From a virus, in the IMG/VR virus record IMGVR_UViG_3300045988_169907, positions 1-35,018 of that record: 35,018 nucleotides of DNA, one strand, 5' to 3'. The notes beneath the pieces are model-generated. The model worked only from the letters and a program-made list of their open reading frames with translations. It did no database searches and was not told the origin of the DNA. This document shows, in pieces, positions 1 to 10,341 of the stretch. Positions within the stretch are counted from its first letter, which is position 1, and each line of letters begins with the position of its first letter. Position numbers and translations under genes: made by a program.

Positions 1-2
1 AG

Positions 3-722
3 AATAGAAAAAAATATTTAATTCGTATTTTTATCTTTGCAATTATTTCAGAAATTCCATTTAACCTTTTTTCAAGTCTTGCAATAAGAGCAGTTATAAT
101 GTTATTCTATCCTTATAATAATGTACTCTGGACTTTTCTAATTGCTTTATGTGGATTAAGTTTACTTGAAAAAATAGAAAAATTAAAATATGATGATAGA
201 CTTATGCTGGTTGCAACCAAAAAGAAAAAAGGAAGCAACGAGATTATATTTAATAAATTATGTTTATATCAAGCATTGGAATTTAATTTATTTAGAAGAT
301 TTACAATTAATATAGATTTTAGTATAGAAAAAGGCAAATTATTATCACTTGATAAATACTTAATAAAAGATAAATCTTTTTTTAGAGAATGTGATAACAA
401 TGTTACAAAAGCATTTTTGAGAATGAATACACCAGCAATAACAACTAAAATAGGTGGAAGATATGGAAATGATTATTCGTCACAAGTTGAAAGAGTTTTT
501 GTAAAAGTATTAAACCAGGACCAAGAAGCAATAAAAACTGTTAAAATTGCAGGAACATCTATTGAGAAGTTTCCAGGAGAAGATGATTTGTTTTCTGTAT
601 TTAGATTAGATAAAAGTTTCCCTATTTTAAATGGATATGATATAGAAGTCATAACAAAAGAAAATGACAAAATATTTGAAATACTGGGCATAGATACAAG
701 TATTAGCACAAATGGTGATTAG
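3..722 (+). CDS. Chimeric, 5'-partial ORF: TraX-like membrane protein fragment fused in frame to C-terminal part of a phage tail (tail tubular B-like) protein
   Basis: The frame of the listed ORF (99..722) is open back to base 3: NRKKYLIRIFIFAIISEIPFNLFSSLAIRAVIMLFYPYNNVLWTFLIALCGLSLLEKIEKLK resembles TraX-family proteins. From about YDDRLMLVATKKKKGSNEIIFNKL... to IDTSISTNGD it is soluble and sits immediately upstream of internal virion-like genes. Confidence 0.6.
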   Translation, partial: NRKKYLIRIFIFAIISEIPFNLFSSLAIRAVIMLFYPYNNVLWTFLIALCGLSLLEKIEKLKYDDRLMLVATKKKKGSNEIIFNKLCLYQALEFNLFRRFTINIDFSIEKGKLLSLDKYLIKDKSFFRECDNNVTKAFLRMNTPAITTKIGGRYGNDYSSQVERVFVKVLNQDQEAIKTVKIAGTSIEKFPGEDDLFSVFRLDKSFPILNGYDIEVITKENDKIFEILGIDTSISTNGD

Positions 723-730
723 GAGGAATT

Positions 731-1654
731 ATGATAGGTAATATTTTATTAGGAGGAGCCTTAGGATTAATAAGAGGTTATAACATAAAAAGACAAGGTA
801 AAAGCATAATAAGAACAGCAGATGGCATTAAAAAAAGATATGATAGCCTGTCTGATTTGAAACCTGTGTTTGAAAAATCTCTTAAAGAACATAAAGAAAC
901 AGTAGGCAAGATTAAAAAATATCAAGATGATACAGCTAAATTACAATATGATAGAGAAAATTTAAAATTAAAAGATAGTTTAGAAAGTGGAATTAGAAAT
1001 GTAATAAATCAATATGTAACAGCAAGAGAAAACTTAAAAGAGCGTGTTTTAGATACAAAAGATAAAATTTTAATGTCTACTCCAACTCGTAATATAGAAA
1101 GCTCATCTTTACAATATGATACCTTATCAACTCTTAATAAGGAAGCTACTGAAAATCAAAGGACTTTGCTTGAAAATCAAGTAAATGCAATAGGACAAGT
1201 AACAGATGAGAATCTAGAACAAAAATACAGACTTGATAGTAATTATGATAATACTTTGGGAGCAATAAAAAGAAACTATGAAACAAGTGTTGCTAATGCA
1301 GAAAATCAATATACAGAAGATATTAATAGATTAGATAACTGGATAGATAGTGGAAAAGCAACAGCAGATCAATTAAGAAATCAGGGAAGAAATACATATA
1401 CACAAGGTTGGAATATGATTAATAACTCTTTATTAGAAACTGGGTTAAATTTATATGATTACTATTATAAACCTAAGGAAGTAGATAATATTTATGATAA
1501 AAATGCAACATCTACACCAAGCAAGAGTACTGATAAAAATGTAAGAGGATTTGGCACTTATAATCCTTTTAGAAGTTCTAATCCTTTTGATATATCAAAT
1601 GTAAACAAAAGAAAATTTAACTTATTAGGAGGCAACAATGGCATTTTTAGATAA
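731..1654 (+). CDS. Phage internal virion / structural protein (gp14-like position), coiled coil with glycine-rich N-terminus
   Basis: ORF with RBS (aggaggaatt); MIGNILLGGALGLIRGYN N-terminus, long helical region, located between tail protein and two very large structural ORFs. Confidence 0.5.
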   Translation: MIGNILLGGALGLIRGYNIKRQGKSIIRTADGIKKRYDSLSDLKPVFEKSLKEHKETVGKIKKYQDDTAKLQYDRENLKLKDSLESGIRNVINQYVTARENLKERVLDTKDKILMSTPTRNIESSSLQYDTLSTLNKEATENQRTLLENQVNAIGQVTDENLEQKYRLDSNYDNTLGAIKRNYETSVANAENQYTEDINRLDNWIDSGKATADQLRNQGRNTYTQGWNMINNSLLETGLNLYDYYYKPKEVDNIYDKNATSTPSKSTDKNVRGFGTYNPFRSSNPFDISNVNKRKFNLLGGNNGIFR

Positions 1655-3419
1655 AATAGCAAAGCAAGAAAGAACAGGAGCAGGTATAGCAGGGGTTAAT
1701 ATAGACACTGGTATAGCAAATATGATAAGTCCTAAAAATTTTGATGGAACTCCTATAAAGGCAATAGGAACTATGAGTACATATCAATTAGAGGTATTAG
1801 ATACTATTGAGAAATTTGCTAAGGATGTAGACAAAGCAAGAACTGAAAATGCAAAAATAAGATTAGGACTTGATTTAGAAAATGCAAGAATTGATTTAGA
1901 AGAAAAATGGGCTAGTGTTCACGATAAATATACTAATGACGATACTTGGAATAGTTATTTAGAAGATAAAAAGAAATTATTATCAGAACAATCAAAAATG
2001 ATTTCATCGATGAAATATATGTCAATGGAAGAAAAAAAACTGGCAATAGAAAAGAATGATATAGCTTATAGAGAAGATTACGCTAAGAATTTAGGAATAA
2101 GAACAGATGCAGTTGCTAAAAGAGAAGCTGATAATGCAAGAGGTAATTTAGAACAAATAGTTACTATAACTTCTAATTTAGGCATTCATGATGATAAAAA
2201 AGCACAAGAAAATTATAAAACTATGGTAAATCAAATAAATGTTTTAAAAGAATTTGCAGGGCTTTCCAATGAACAAGCTCTTGTTATGTATGGCAATTAT
2301 GTGACAAAAGCTGAAATGGGTAGACAAGAAAATTATTTAGAACAAGTTGTAATGAATGAAGATTTAACTTTTGAACAAAGAGAAGCTAAACTAAATGAAT
2401 TAAAAAAAGTTATGGATAATAAAGATTTAATGAGGGATTATGCAAAAGAAATGACTGATTTATTTACAACAGATAATAAAGAAGAAGCAGAAGAATATTT
2501 ATACACAAAATTAACTGATGAAAGTTCCAAAGTAATAAACAGAATGTCTAATCAATTTAAGAGAGTAAAAAAAGAAAGACAAGAAGCAGAAAGAGCAAGA
2601 ATAAGAGCAGAAAAACAAATGCAAAGACTGTACCTAAGAAATCTAAAAATAGATCAAGCTTTAAGAAGTGAAAAGTATTCTGATATAAAAAAAGCATTTA
2701 AAAAGAAATATGGCAGAGATATGACTGACAATGATATAGCTAATGGTATGGTCAATTTTGATTGGGCTTCTGCTGGAGATTTAGATAATTTTGACAAAGT
2801 AGAAATATTTGATAAAAATAAAATGGAAAACTTAAAAAGGAATATTAATGCACAAATAGATAATGAAAGAATGTCGGAAGTTGAAGCGAAAAATTTAGTT
2901 AGAGATTATGCTGAAAAATTATTTGAAAATGATAATAGTTCAGATAAAGAATTAAAAGTAAATGCTTTTATAAAACAATATGCTGATGAAGATAATCCTA
3001 TTCCTTATGTTTATGGTAAAGAATACCCAGAACTTTATCAAGCTGAAAGAGTTAATAAAAATAGCAAAGGAAACTATACTAATGTGAATATTAGAATACC
3101 TGAAAAGGGGTTTATAGGTTGGTTTGATGATGAGGGTTACGATGAATGGAATGATTTAAGAAAGGACTTTTCATCAGACCCAGTATATGCAGATGCTCAA
3201 TTAAAAAATTATATAATAGGAGTTATGAAAGAAGACGGATACAAAGAAAGTCAAATTAATTCAACAACAATGCAACCTTATTTAAAGAAACTTAATACAA
3301 ATGAGGGGAAAAGATTAATAAATGCAAGTAAAGTTTTGAAAAGTGGTAGACCTACACAAAACGCAAAATCAAATACTGTAAGCACAAAGAAAAATAAGAT
3401 GGGTGGATATTTAAGATAA
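1638..3419 (+). CDS. Phage internal virion-like protein (gp15-like position), 593 aa, coiled coil rich
   Basis: Long ORF overlapping the previous one; gene order typical of podovirus internal core proteins. Confidence 0.45.
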   Translation: MAFLDKIAKQERTGAGIAGVNIDTGIANMISPKNFDGTPIKAIGTMSTYQLEVLDTIEKFAKDVDKARTENAKIRLGLDLENARIDLEEKWASVHDKYTNDDTWNSYLEDKKKLLSEQSKMISSMKYMSMEEKKLAIEKNDIAYREDYAKNLGIRTDAVAKREADNARGNLEQIVTITSNLGIHDDKKAQENYKTMVNQINVLKEFAGLSNEQALVMYGNYVTKAEMGRQENYLEQVVMNEDLTFEQREAKLNELKKVMDNKDLMRDYAKEMTDLFTTDNKEEAEEYLYTKLTDESSKVINRMSNQFKRVKKERQEAERARIRAEKQMQRLYLRNLKIDQALRSEKYSDIKKAFKKKYGRDMTDNDIANGMVNFDWASAGDLDNFDKVEIFDKNKMENLKRNINAQIDNERMSEVEAKNLVRDYAEKLFENDNSSDKELKVNAFIKQYADEDNPIPYVYGKEYPELYQAERVNKNSKGNYTNVNIRIPEKGFIGWFDDEGYDEWNDLRKDFSSDPVYADAQLKNYIIGVMKEDGYKESQINSTTMQPYLKKLNTNEGKRLINASKVLKSGRPTQNAKSNTVSTKKNKMGGYLR

Positions 3420-3429
3420 GGAGAAAATT

Positions 3430-6400
3430 ATGTCTATTTTAGGAGCTATAAAAAACGAATATGATAGAAGAAATAAAGAGGGAAAAGAGTTTTTAGAAGA
3501 ACAAGAAAAGAAATTTGCACCTGCAAAAAAAGAAATGGAAGCTATGAGAGCAAGTGCTGACAGAGGAATATTTAATCCAATAAGAACAGGTTTTATTAAA
3601 GGTTTAACACAGGTGGCAGACTTTATTGCAGCACCTATGCCAGAACTTGTAAATGGAAAATACACAGATGACTATGATAAGAATTATGAAGAATATAAAA
3701 AACAAAGAGAAGAAATCGGCTGGAAAAACTCTGAACTAAGAAAAATAGCTATTGAAACCATCAAAAAAAATAGAGAAGAAAGAGCAAAATTTTTAAACAG
3801 TAATTCTAAAATAGATAAAGGAATTATGATATTTCAAAGTATTTTAGAGGGTGTTTCTTCTCCTACAAACTGGTATAATCCTAATGGTTTTGTAACTAAT
3901 TTAGCTTGGGATGTGCTTCAAGGTGCTGTTGATACAACTTGGGAAAAAACAGAAATAGAGGGCAAAGAAATTAAAGATTTTGGAAAAGAAGATTTAAAAG
4001 AATATGCCTATGGTGCTGCAACAAGTGTAGCTATACACGGAGTAACAAAAGTAGCAGGTAGGTATATTTCTAAAAAAATAAATAAATTAAATACCCAAGA
4101 TATACCTGAAAATGCTCTTGCAAATGTAGTTGAAGAAACTCCAAAAACTCCACTAGACGTAATACAAAACGAAGTTGATAAATATGGTCCAGGAGCAACT
4201 AACCCAAAGGCAGTTATAGAATTAGCAGAAAGATTAGAAAATGGAGAAACAGTAGGCGTTGAAAGAGGTAAGAACTTTTCACAAGAAGTAGATGATTTTT
4301 ACACTAATGTAACTGAAAAAAGGATAGATAAAATTCATAATGAAATGCAGGCAGATTTTAATAAAACTAAGAATGCTGAAAGCAATGCTAAATTTGAAGA
4401 AAAAATATTTAAAGATGGTGTGCCTGAAAATAAAAATCTTAATGATATAAATGCTAAGGCTTCTTTAAGTAAGACATTAAAACCTATTAAAAATAAAATT
4501 AAGTTAAATTCAAAGCAATTAACAGCAGAATATAAAAGCAAACTAGCATATATTCATATGGAAAATGGAGGTAGTTCAAATTTTTCTCGTATAGGAGATT
4601 TGAACGAACTTATCATAATTGAAAATAACATAGATGGTAAAACATTTAAAGGAATGATAAGAGGTTATGAAGATATACCTGAAAATTTAATACCTTATGC
4701 TAATGAATTTAGAAATATTGCAGATGAATATACTAATTTAAAATATGGCACAGACTTATCTAACAAAGGTTATAATTTTGATATTGTCTACGATAAAAAC
4801 CAAGCTATGTCAAATTTAAAGTTAGCAATAGATACTGATGACTTGAATGCAAAAAAAGTTGTTGTTGACAATATATTAAAAAATACTGAAAAGAAAGTTT
4901 TTTTGACAGAGGCACAAGCTAAACAGTTTAAGGTTGGAGATACAGCAGGAGTATATGTTCTTGATGAGCATAATATCATTAAAAAATTAAGAAATGATAT
5001 AAATGCGACTACTCTTGATATAAGAAGAAATGGAAAGCTAGTAGGATATGAGAGCAAAAATTGGAAAGATGTAGCAGTTCAAAATGCACCTTTACCAGAA
5101 ATGGAAAAATATTTTAATGCTAAAAAATTAGAATTAGAGGGCAAAGTATTAACACCAGAAGTTAAAACTTTTATAGAGAATTATGAAACAAAATCTATGA
5201 ATTGGCTAGATGGTTTCTTAAATGAAATAGACGCAGAAGTTGACCCTGTTAATTCTCTAAATAGAATATACAAACAAGTAATTAATGAGAAAAGTGGACT
5301 TAATACATTAAGAGAAAGATTAACAGGAGATTTTGATAGAATAGAAGTTAATCATAGCACAGATACTGGGAAAAATAGATATGTTCAAAATAACAAATCA
5401 TTAAAAGAAGCATTGGAAAATGAAACTCAACATTTATTTGAATTAGATGCTGATGTATCTACAAGAAAATTTTCAGATATGTCAGTTAGTGGAAAAACTA
5501 TGTATAATACAAGAAATTTGATGATGTATAAATTTTTATCTAATTTGAACTATCTTAAAGAAATAGCTACTAATAAAGAAAGAATTAATTCAGGACTTAT
5601 AGATTTAGGTTTCAATGAAAGAGTTGGAGTTTTTCAAAGTTCAAAAGAAATGTTAAGAGCCACAAAAGTTATTTCTAAAAAATATCAGAATCTAAAAAAT
5701 ATTGATTTAGACACTATAACTAATCCACTGGAAAGATTGCAAATAGAAGCTTATATTGATAAAGTTATGGAAACTGAAATTGATATGAGAGGATATTCAA
5801 AATCTAATTTATTGAAAAATGCTGGTGAGTTAGGAGCAAAAGGGCAAACAGCTTCTGATGTACAAAGAATAGCTTTATCAGAATATTTTACAGCTAATGC
5901 TATGTATGATGAGTTTACAAAGTTTAAAATAGAAGATGTTACACCTACTATGAAGCAAGTCTTATTTGATATGGGAATAGATGATAATATAAAATTAAAA
6001 GCTATTCAAGATGAAATATTAAATACAAATAGTGTTACAGGACTATTAGATATTGTAAAAGACAGGAATAATACATCTACTATAAAAAGTTTATTTGAAC
6101 AATTTGCTGACATAAATGGAAAAGAATTAAATGCTTTTAGTGGACATACAGTAGGATTGAAAACAGATAGTCTTGTTAGCAGATACTGGGCTAATTTTAA
6201 TGGTATGTTTAGAATGTACAATATGAATTTATTAACAAGAACATTTGACAGATTAACAACTTATATTGATAGCGATGGTTTTACAAGATATAGATTTTTA
6301 GTTGATAATACTCCTGCATTTAATAAAACAAGTTTTACAGGTTTAAAGAGTTGGAAGACAGGATCAAGAATTTTTAATTCAAGTACAACAGCTTTAGAAA

Positions 6401-7455
6401 CAGCAGGACTTGTTTATGGCATTGGTTGGCTGACAGGTAAAATAACAGGTACATCAAGAGATGAAATGATAGAAGCTAAGGTAGATGCTTTAATGCACGG
6501 AGAAATTTCTGACACTGTCCTTGATGTAATTACAACAGGTTTAGTAGATAATACAGGACTTGAAATTACTATGGGTGGAGAAAATGTTGTGGCTAGTTTC
6601 TTTAATCAAAACTTTAAAGGGCTAAAAAGAGATATGTCATCAAGTTTATCTCCTATACAAAAAATAGTTTATGGGTCATTATATTTAGTTTCTCCTAATG
6701 CAGTTTCAAGAGGTATAGATAATATCAAATTTGAAAAGAACATACCTAATAGACTTGATACATCAAGCGAGTATTTAAAAGAAAAATGGAAATATAAATA
6801 TAAAGAAAAGGCACAAGCTGAACAAGACGAAGGATTATTACCAATAGAAAAATTAGGGCTTGCTGGATTAGGACTTTTATATGATGGTGGTAAAAAAGCT
6901 TTTGATAGTGTATTAAAAGAAAAAACAGATTATCAAGAATATTTTACTAATAACCCAGAACAAGCTGAAAGATTTGGAGAGTTTAAAGAAGATACTCCAC
7001 AAGAAGCTAAAATTGCTTTGGCTAGTGGTATTATGGAACTAGCAGAGTATGGGGCAAGAAATGAGCAACTTGATGAGATTCTTTCAACAGCAGATACAGT
7101 AGAAGAAAGAGAGCAAGAGTTAAAAGAATATGGAATGGACTATCAAACTCAACTTACTAAGATGGATAAAAACAATAAACTTGTGTTCCATGCAGTTATG
7201 TCTTATGCAGAAATAGAAAGTCCTGAAACAATTATACTTGCTATGAATGAATTTAATGGGTTAAAAACTAAGGAAGAAAGAGAAGCGTTTTTAAGTAATT
7301 TTATAAGAGAGGATCAAGTTGATGATTTTAATAACTTCTTAGATAAAGTTATGGAGGATAAAAACAAAAAAATGGATAGTATCTATGATAGAGATTATTC
7401 ATATGGCACTGAGGGATATATAGAATTTTTACAAACTTTAAGAAATGAGATGTAA
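3430..7455 (+). CDS. Very large phage internal virion-like protein (gp16-like position), 1341 aa
   Basis: Long ORF with RBS (ataaggagaaaatt); size and position as last structural gene before a terminator, as in T7-like internal virion protein D. Confidence 0.45.
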   Translation: MSILGAIKNEYDRRNKEGKEFLEEQEKKFAPAKKEMEAMRASADRGIFNPIRTGFIKGLTQVADFIAAPMPELVNGKYTDDYDKNYEEYKKQREEIGWKNSELRKIAIETIKKNREERAKFLNSNSKIDKGIMIFQSILEGVSSPTNWYNPNGFVTNLAWDVLQGAVDTTWEKTEIEGKEIKDFGKEDLKEYAYGAATSVAIHGVTKVAGRYISKKINKLNTQDIPENALANVVEETPKTPLDVIQNEVDKYGPGATNPKAVIELAERLENGETVGVERGKNFSQEVDDFYTNVTEKRIDKIHNEMQADFNKTKNAESNAKFEEKIFKDGVPENKNLNDINAKASLSKTLKPIKNKIKLNSKQLTAEYKSKLAYIHMENGGSSNFSRIGDLNELIIIENNIDGKTFKGMIRGYEDIPENLIPYANEFRNIADEYTNLKYGTDLSNKGYNFDIVYDKNQAMSNLKLAIDTDDLNAKKVVVDNILKNTEKKVFLTEAQAKQFKVGDTAGVYVLDEHNIIKKLRNDINATTLDIRRNGKLVGYESKNWKDVAVQNAPLPEMEKYFNAKKLELEGKVLTPEVKTFIENYETKSMNWLDGFLNEIDAEVDPVNSLNRIYKQVINEKSGLNTLRERLTGDFDRIEVNHSTDTGKNRYVQNNKSLKEALENETQHLFELDADVSTRKFSDMSVSGKTMYNTRNLMMYKFLSNLNYLKEIATNKERINSGLIDLGFNERVGVFQSSKEMLRATKVISKKYQNLKNIDLDTITNPLERLQIEAYIDKVMETEIDMRGYSKSNLLKNAGELGAKGQTASDVQRIALSEYFTANAMYDEFTKFKIEDVTPTMKQVLFDMGIDDNIKLKAIQDEILNTNSVTGLLDIVKDRNNTSTIKSLFEQFADINGKELNAFSGHTVGLKTDSLVSRYWANFNGMFRMYNMNLLTRTFDRLTTYIDSDGFTRYRFLVDNTPAFNKTSFTGLKSWKTGSRIFNSSTTALETAGLVYGIGWLTGKITGTSRDEMIEAKVDALMHGEISDTVLDVITTGLVDNTGLEITMGGENVVASFFNQNFKGLKRDMSSSLSPIQKIVYGSLYLVSPNAVSRGIDNIKFEKNIPNRLDTSSEYLKEKWKYKYKEKAQAEQDEGLLPIEKLGLAGLGLLYDGGKKAFDSVLKEKTDYQEYFTNNPEQAERFGEFKEDTPQEAKIALASGIMELAEYGARNEQLDEILSTADTVEEREQELKEYGMDYQTQLTKMDKNNKLVFHAVMSYAEIESPETIILAMNEFNGLKTKEEREAFLSNFIREDQVDDFNNFLDKVMEDKNKKMDSIYDRDYSYGTEGYIEFLQTLRNEM

Positions 7456-7458
7456 TAA

Positions 7459-7486
7459 AAAAGTCCAGTTATTAGCTGGGCTTTTA
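7459..7486. terminator. Rho-independent terminator, probably bidirectional, between convergent operons
   Basis: aaaagtccag-ttattag-ctgggctttt stem (one G.U) followed by T run, directly after stop at 7455. Confidence 0.8.
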
Positions 7487-7834
7487 TTCGTTTATTTGAT
7501 TTTCTATTATTTTTATTATATCGAAAATAGGTTTATTAAAATCTATACCATATTTTATTAATTCAGGGCTTTCAATTCTTATTTTTATATTCATTTTTTC
7601 ATCTATATAATCATATTTTTCAGGGAAACTTGTGTTTTCTAAAAATTCTGCTGAATATAGATAATTAAGTACTGCCTTTAAAATTTCTTTAGATTTTTCG
7701 TTATAACAATTTTCTTCATTAATTCTAAATTTTAAATATTTCAAAATATAGTTAACTTTATTTTTATAAATTTCTATTGTACTATTAAATTTTTTTAGCA
7801 TTTTATCTATTTCTTCCTTTTTTATTTCATTCAT
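7484..7834 (-). CDS. Hypothetical protein, 116 aa
   Basis: ORF in same operon direction as recombinase. Confidence 0.6.
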   Translation of the reverse strand: MNEIKKEEIDKMLKKFNSTIEIYKNKVNYILKYLKFRINEENCYNEKSKEILKAVLNYLYSAEFLENTSFPEKYDYIDEKMNIKIRIESPELIKYGIDFNKPIFDIIKIIENQINE

Positions 7835-7880
7835 TTTTTATTTTCTCCTTTTTATTTTCATTATATCATAAAATTAAATT

Positions 7881-9407
7881 TCAATTATACAATTTTTTTC
7901 TATATTCTTTGTATATTGCTAATAAAAGTCGTGTTTCATCTCCACCATTACTATCAATATACATAGGAAATAATCTAAGTGTTATTTCTACATATGTTTC
8001 ATATACTTTTATCTCTTTTACAAAAGTTTCAATTACTGACTTTTTTATATTACTTTTATTAAAATTTGACTTAAAATTTCTTATAAAATTTTCTATATTC
8101 TCTCTACTTATCTTTTTAGATGCAGAGAGTTTATTTTTTTCTTGTGTAAGTATAAACAATTCATTTTCAAGCTTTCTATTTTTATTTTCAAAAGATTCTT
8201 TTGATACTTTGTTATCCAGGAATATTTCTAATAAGGTATCAATCTTATTTTTTATTTTTTGGATCTCTATTTCTATTTTTTTAATTTCTTGAACTTTATT
8301 CAATATTTTTTCATTTACAGATTTTTCAACTTTCTTAGCTATGCTTTTTATTCTCTTTTCTGTAAATATTTCTTTCTTGATAGTTTTAAATATAAAGTCT
8401 TCAAGAATTTCTTTTCTAATTGGCTTATTTTTACAGTCATTAACTTTTGTTTTTCTATTTATACAAGTGTAACCATAAGTTATGCTTCCATCTCTTTGTC
8501 TTGAACGATAACCACCTGAGTATCTTCCACCACATTCTCCACAAGTACAAACTCCAGTCAAATAATATGTTTCATGTGCTGTTGCTCTACTACCAGTTTT
8601 TCTGTTCTTCATTTTATTTCTTATCTTTTCAAAATCTTCTTTGCCAATTATTTGTGGTACTCCACCTTCAATTTTAACTTCTTTACCTGTTAATCTACCT
8701 CTGCCATCTTTTTTACCATACACAAAAACACCTGTATATTTTTCATTTATTAATATGTCTCTTATGGATGTTTTTCTGAATGGCTTACCTAATTTATTAA
8801 GCCTGCCCATTTTATTTAATTGTTCTGATATACTTGTATAGCCTATTCCCTCATTATACAATTTATAAATTATTCTTACTGTATCTGCTTCAACTTCATT
8901 TATGATATATCTTTTATTTTCATCTAAATCATATCCCAATGGTGGTATTCCTCCATTATGAATACATTTTAAAGCGTTTTCATTTAAGCCTTTTTTAACT
9001 TCTCTTGATAAGTTTAAACTATAATATTCATTCATTCCAGTAAGGACCGATTTTAATATAACTGATTCAGGACTATCGTTTAATTGCTCCAACACTGATA
9101 GCAGTTTAACACCATTATCATTTAACTTCTTTTCATAAATAGCGTGGTCATATCTATTTCTTGCAAATCTATCAAACTTATGTACAACCACGCATTGAAA
9201 TTCTTTCTTTTTACTATCCTCTATTAACTCTAAAAATTCTGCTCTGTCCTTGATTGATGTTCCAGAAATAGCTTCATCTTTGTATAATTTTATTAAATTG
9301 TAATTATTCTTTTGACAAAATTCTTTTATAGCTCTTTCCTGAGCTACAATGCTTTCTTCTCTTTGATTATCAGATGAATATCTAGCATATCCTACAACAT
9401 TAATCAT
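7881..9407 (-). CDS. Large serine recombinase / phage integrase (508 aa)
   Basis: N-terminal resolvase domain (GYARYSSDNQREESIVAQ, YKDEAISGTSIKDRAEF, HKFDRFARN), recombinase domain (GGIPPLGY), zinc ribbon (CGECGGRYSGG...C...C), long coiled coil C-terminal part. Confidence 0.95.
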   Translation of the reverse strand: MINVVGYARYSSDNQREESIVAQERAIKEFCQKNNYNLIKLYKDEAISGTSIKDRAEFLELIEDSKKKEFQCVVVHKFDRFARNRYDHAIYEKKLNDNGVKLLSVLEQLNDSPESVILKSVLTGMNEYYSLNLSREVKKGLNENALKCIHNGGIPPLGYDLDENKRYIINEVEADTVRIIYKLYNEGIGYTSISEQLNKMGRLNKLGKPFRKTSIRDILINEKYTGVFVYGKKDGRGRLTGKEVKIEGGVPQIIGKEDFEKIRNKMKNRKTGSRATAHETYYLTGVCTCGECGGRYSGGYRSRQRDGSITYGYTCINRKTKVNDCKNKPIRKEILEDFIFKTIKKEIFTEKRIKSIAKKVEKSVNEKILNKVQEIKKIEIEIQKIKNKIDTLLEIFLDNKVSKESFENKNRKLENELFILTQEKNKLSASKKISRENIENFIRNFKSNFNKSNIKKSVIETFVKEIKVYETYVEITLRLFPMYIDSNGGDETRLLLAIYKEYRKKLYN

Positions 9408-9419
9408 TTTCTTACTCCT

Positions 9420-9524
9420 TTATATTTCTTCTAAAAAACTATTTATTAATATATCAATAAAGTTATTATATAGCATATCATCACTTTCTGTAAAAGTTAC
9501 TTTTATGGTTTTTTCTCTTCTCAT
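9420..9524 (-). CDS. Small ORF, 34 aa (MRREKTIKVTFTESDDMLYNNFIDILINSFLEEI), immediately upstream of the recombinase
   Basis: ATG at 9524 abuts stop of upstream CDS (9524..10018), RBS-like ggagtgg upstream; not in supplied ORF track. Confidence 0.4.
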   Translation of the reverse strand: MRREKTIKVTFTESDDMLYNNFIDILINSFLEEI

Positions 9525-10018
9525 CAATTCCACTCCTTCCCAATTCTCTGCATATTCTTCTGCCACTTTTCCCAGTAGCAGTTTAATATGTCATCTTTTG
9601 TATAGCCTAGTTTTACAGAACAAGTTAATAAACCACCAAAAAACCAACTAAAATTATCATCTGTCAAATTAAAGATTAATCTAGTAAAATAACTGCCTGC
9701 ATAATAACCAGGAAAAAGTTCGAACTCACGACAATAATATTCTTTTTTAAATCGACCATCTCTGCTTTTATAATTTATTAGTTGTGCAAAAAAGAAATAA
9801 ACATCGGTTAGTTCTTCTAGTTCTTTATCTTTATTGTATTCCTTAGTTTTCCAAGTTTTGTGACTGTATTTTGTTTCTTCGTTAAGTTCAATTAATTCGG
9901 CTATTAAAGATAATTTAATATCTTCTTCTGTTCTTTCTCTGGAACTATGTATACTTTCATCTAAATGCTTTTGAAGATTTAATATATCCTCAAAAGTTTC
10001 TGGTCTTTTATATTCCAT
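9524..10018 (-). CDS. dUTPase/MazG-like all-alpha nucleotide pyrophosphohydrolase-like phage protein
   Basis: SLIAELIELNEETKYSHKTWK...ELEELTDVYFFFAQLINYK resembles the metal-binding E..E/E..D motifs of dimeric dUTPases. Confidence 0.6.
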   Translation of the reverse strand: MEYKRPETFEDILNLQKHLDESIHSSRERTEEDIKLSLIAELIELNEETKYSHKTWKTKEYNKDKELEELTDVYFFFAQLINYKSRDGRFKKEYYCREFELFPGYYAGSYFTRLIFNLTDDNFSWFFGGLLTCSVKLGYTKDDILNCYWEKWQKNMQRIGKEWN

Positions 10019-10341
10019 TATCTCACTTCCTCATAAGTTGCTTGAAATATATCAGGCTTACAAGGATAAAATTCACCTTTAATGCCTTTTATTATGTAAT
10101 CTCTAAAACTAGCTTTCATATATCCTTCAAGTGTTGAAATTCCCACATAACCTTGTTCTTTTATTCCATATACCATCTCATCTAATTCTAATCTACTTTT
10201 AATTTTTTCATAATTTGTGTCATCTAAAAAATCAAAAACCTCTATAATGTTATCCTCTTTTAATTGTATTGCTTCTACTTCCACAGGCTTTTTAACATAT
10301 TTCTTAATCATAGCTACTCCTCTTTTATAAACACCAACCAA
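10018..10341 (-). CDS. Small phage protein of the PGDYG-like type
   Basis: KKYVKKPVEVEAIQL...YVGISTLEGYMKASFRDYIIKGIKGEFYPCKPDIFQATYE typical pattern. Confidence 0.6.
   Translation of the reverse strand: MVGVYKRGVAMIKKYVKKPVEVEAIQLKEDNIIEVFDFLDDTNYEKIKSRLELDEMVYGIKEQGYVGISTLEGYMKASFRDYIIKGIKGEFYPCKPDIFQATYEEVR

Noticed and set aside
7909-8841. Plus-strand ORFs 7909..8292, 8259..8504, 8447..8677 and 8641..8841
   Set aside because: Antisense shadows of the serine recombinase; F/S/L-rich low-complexity translations and no RBS.
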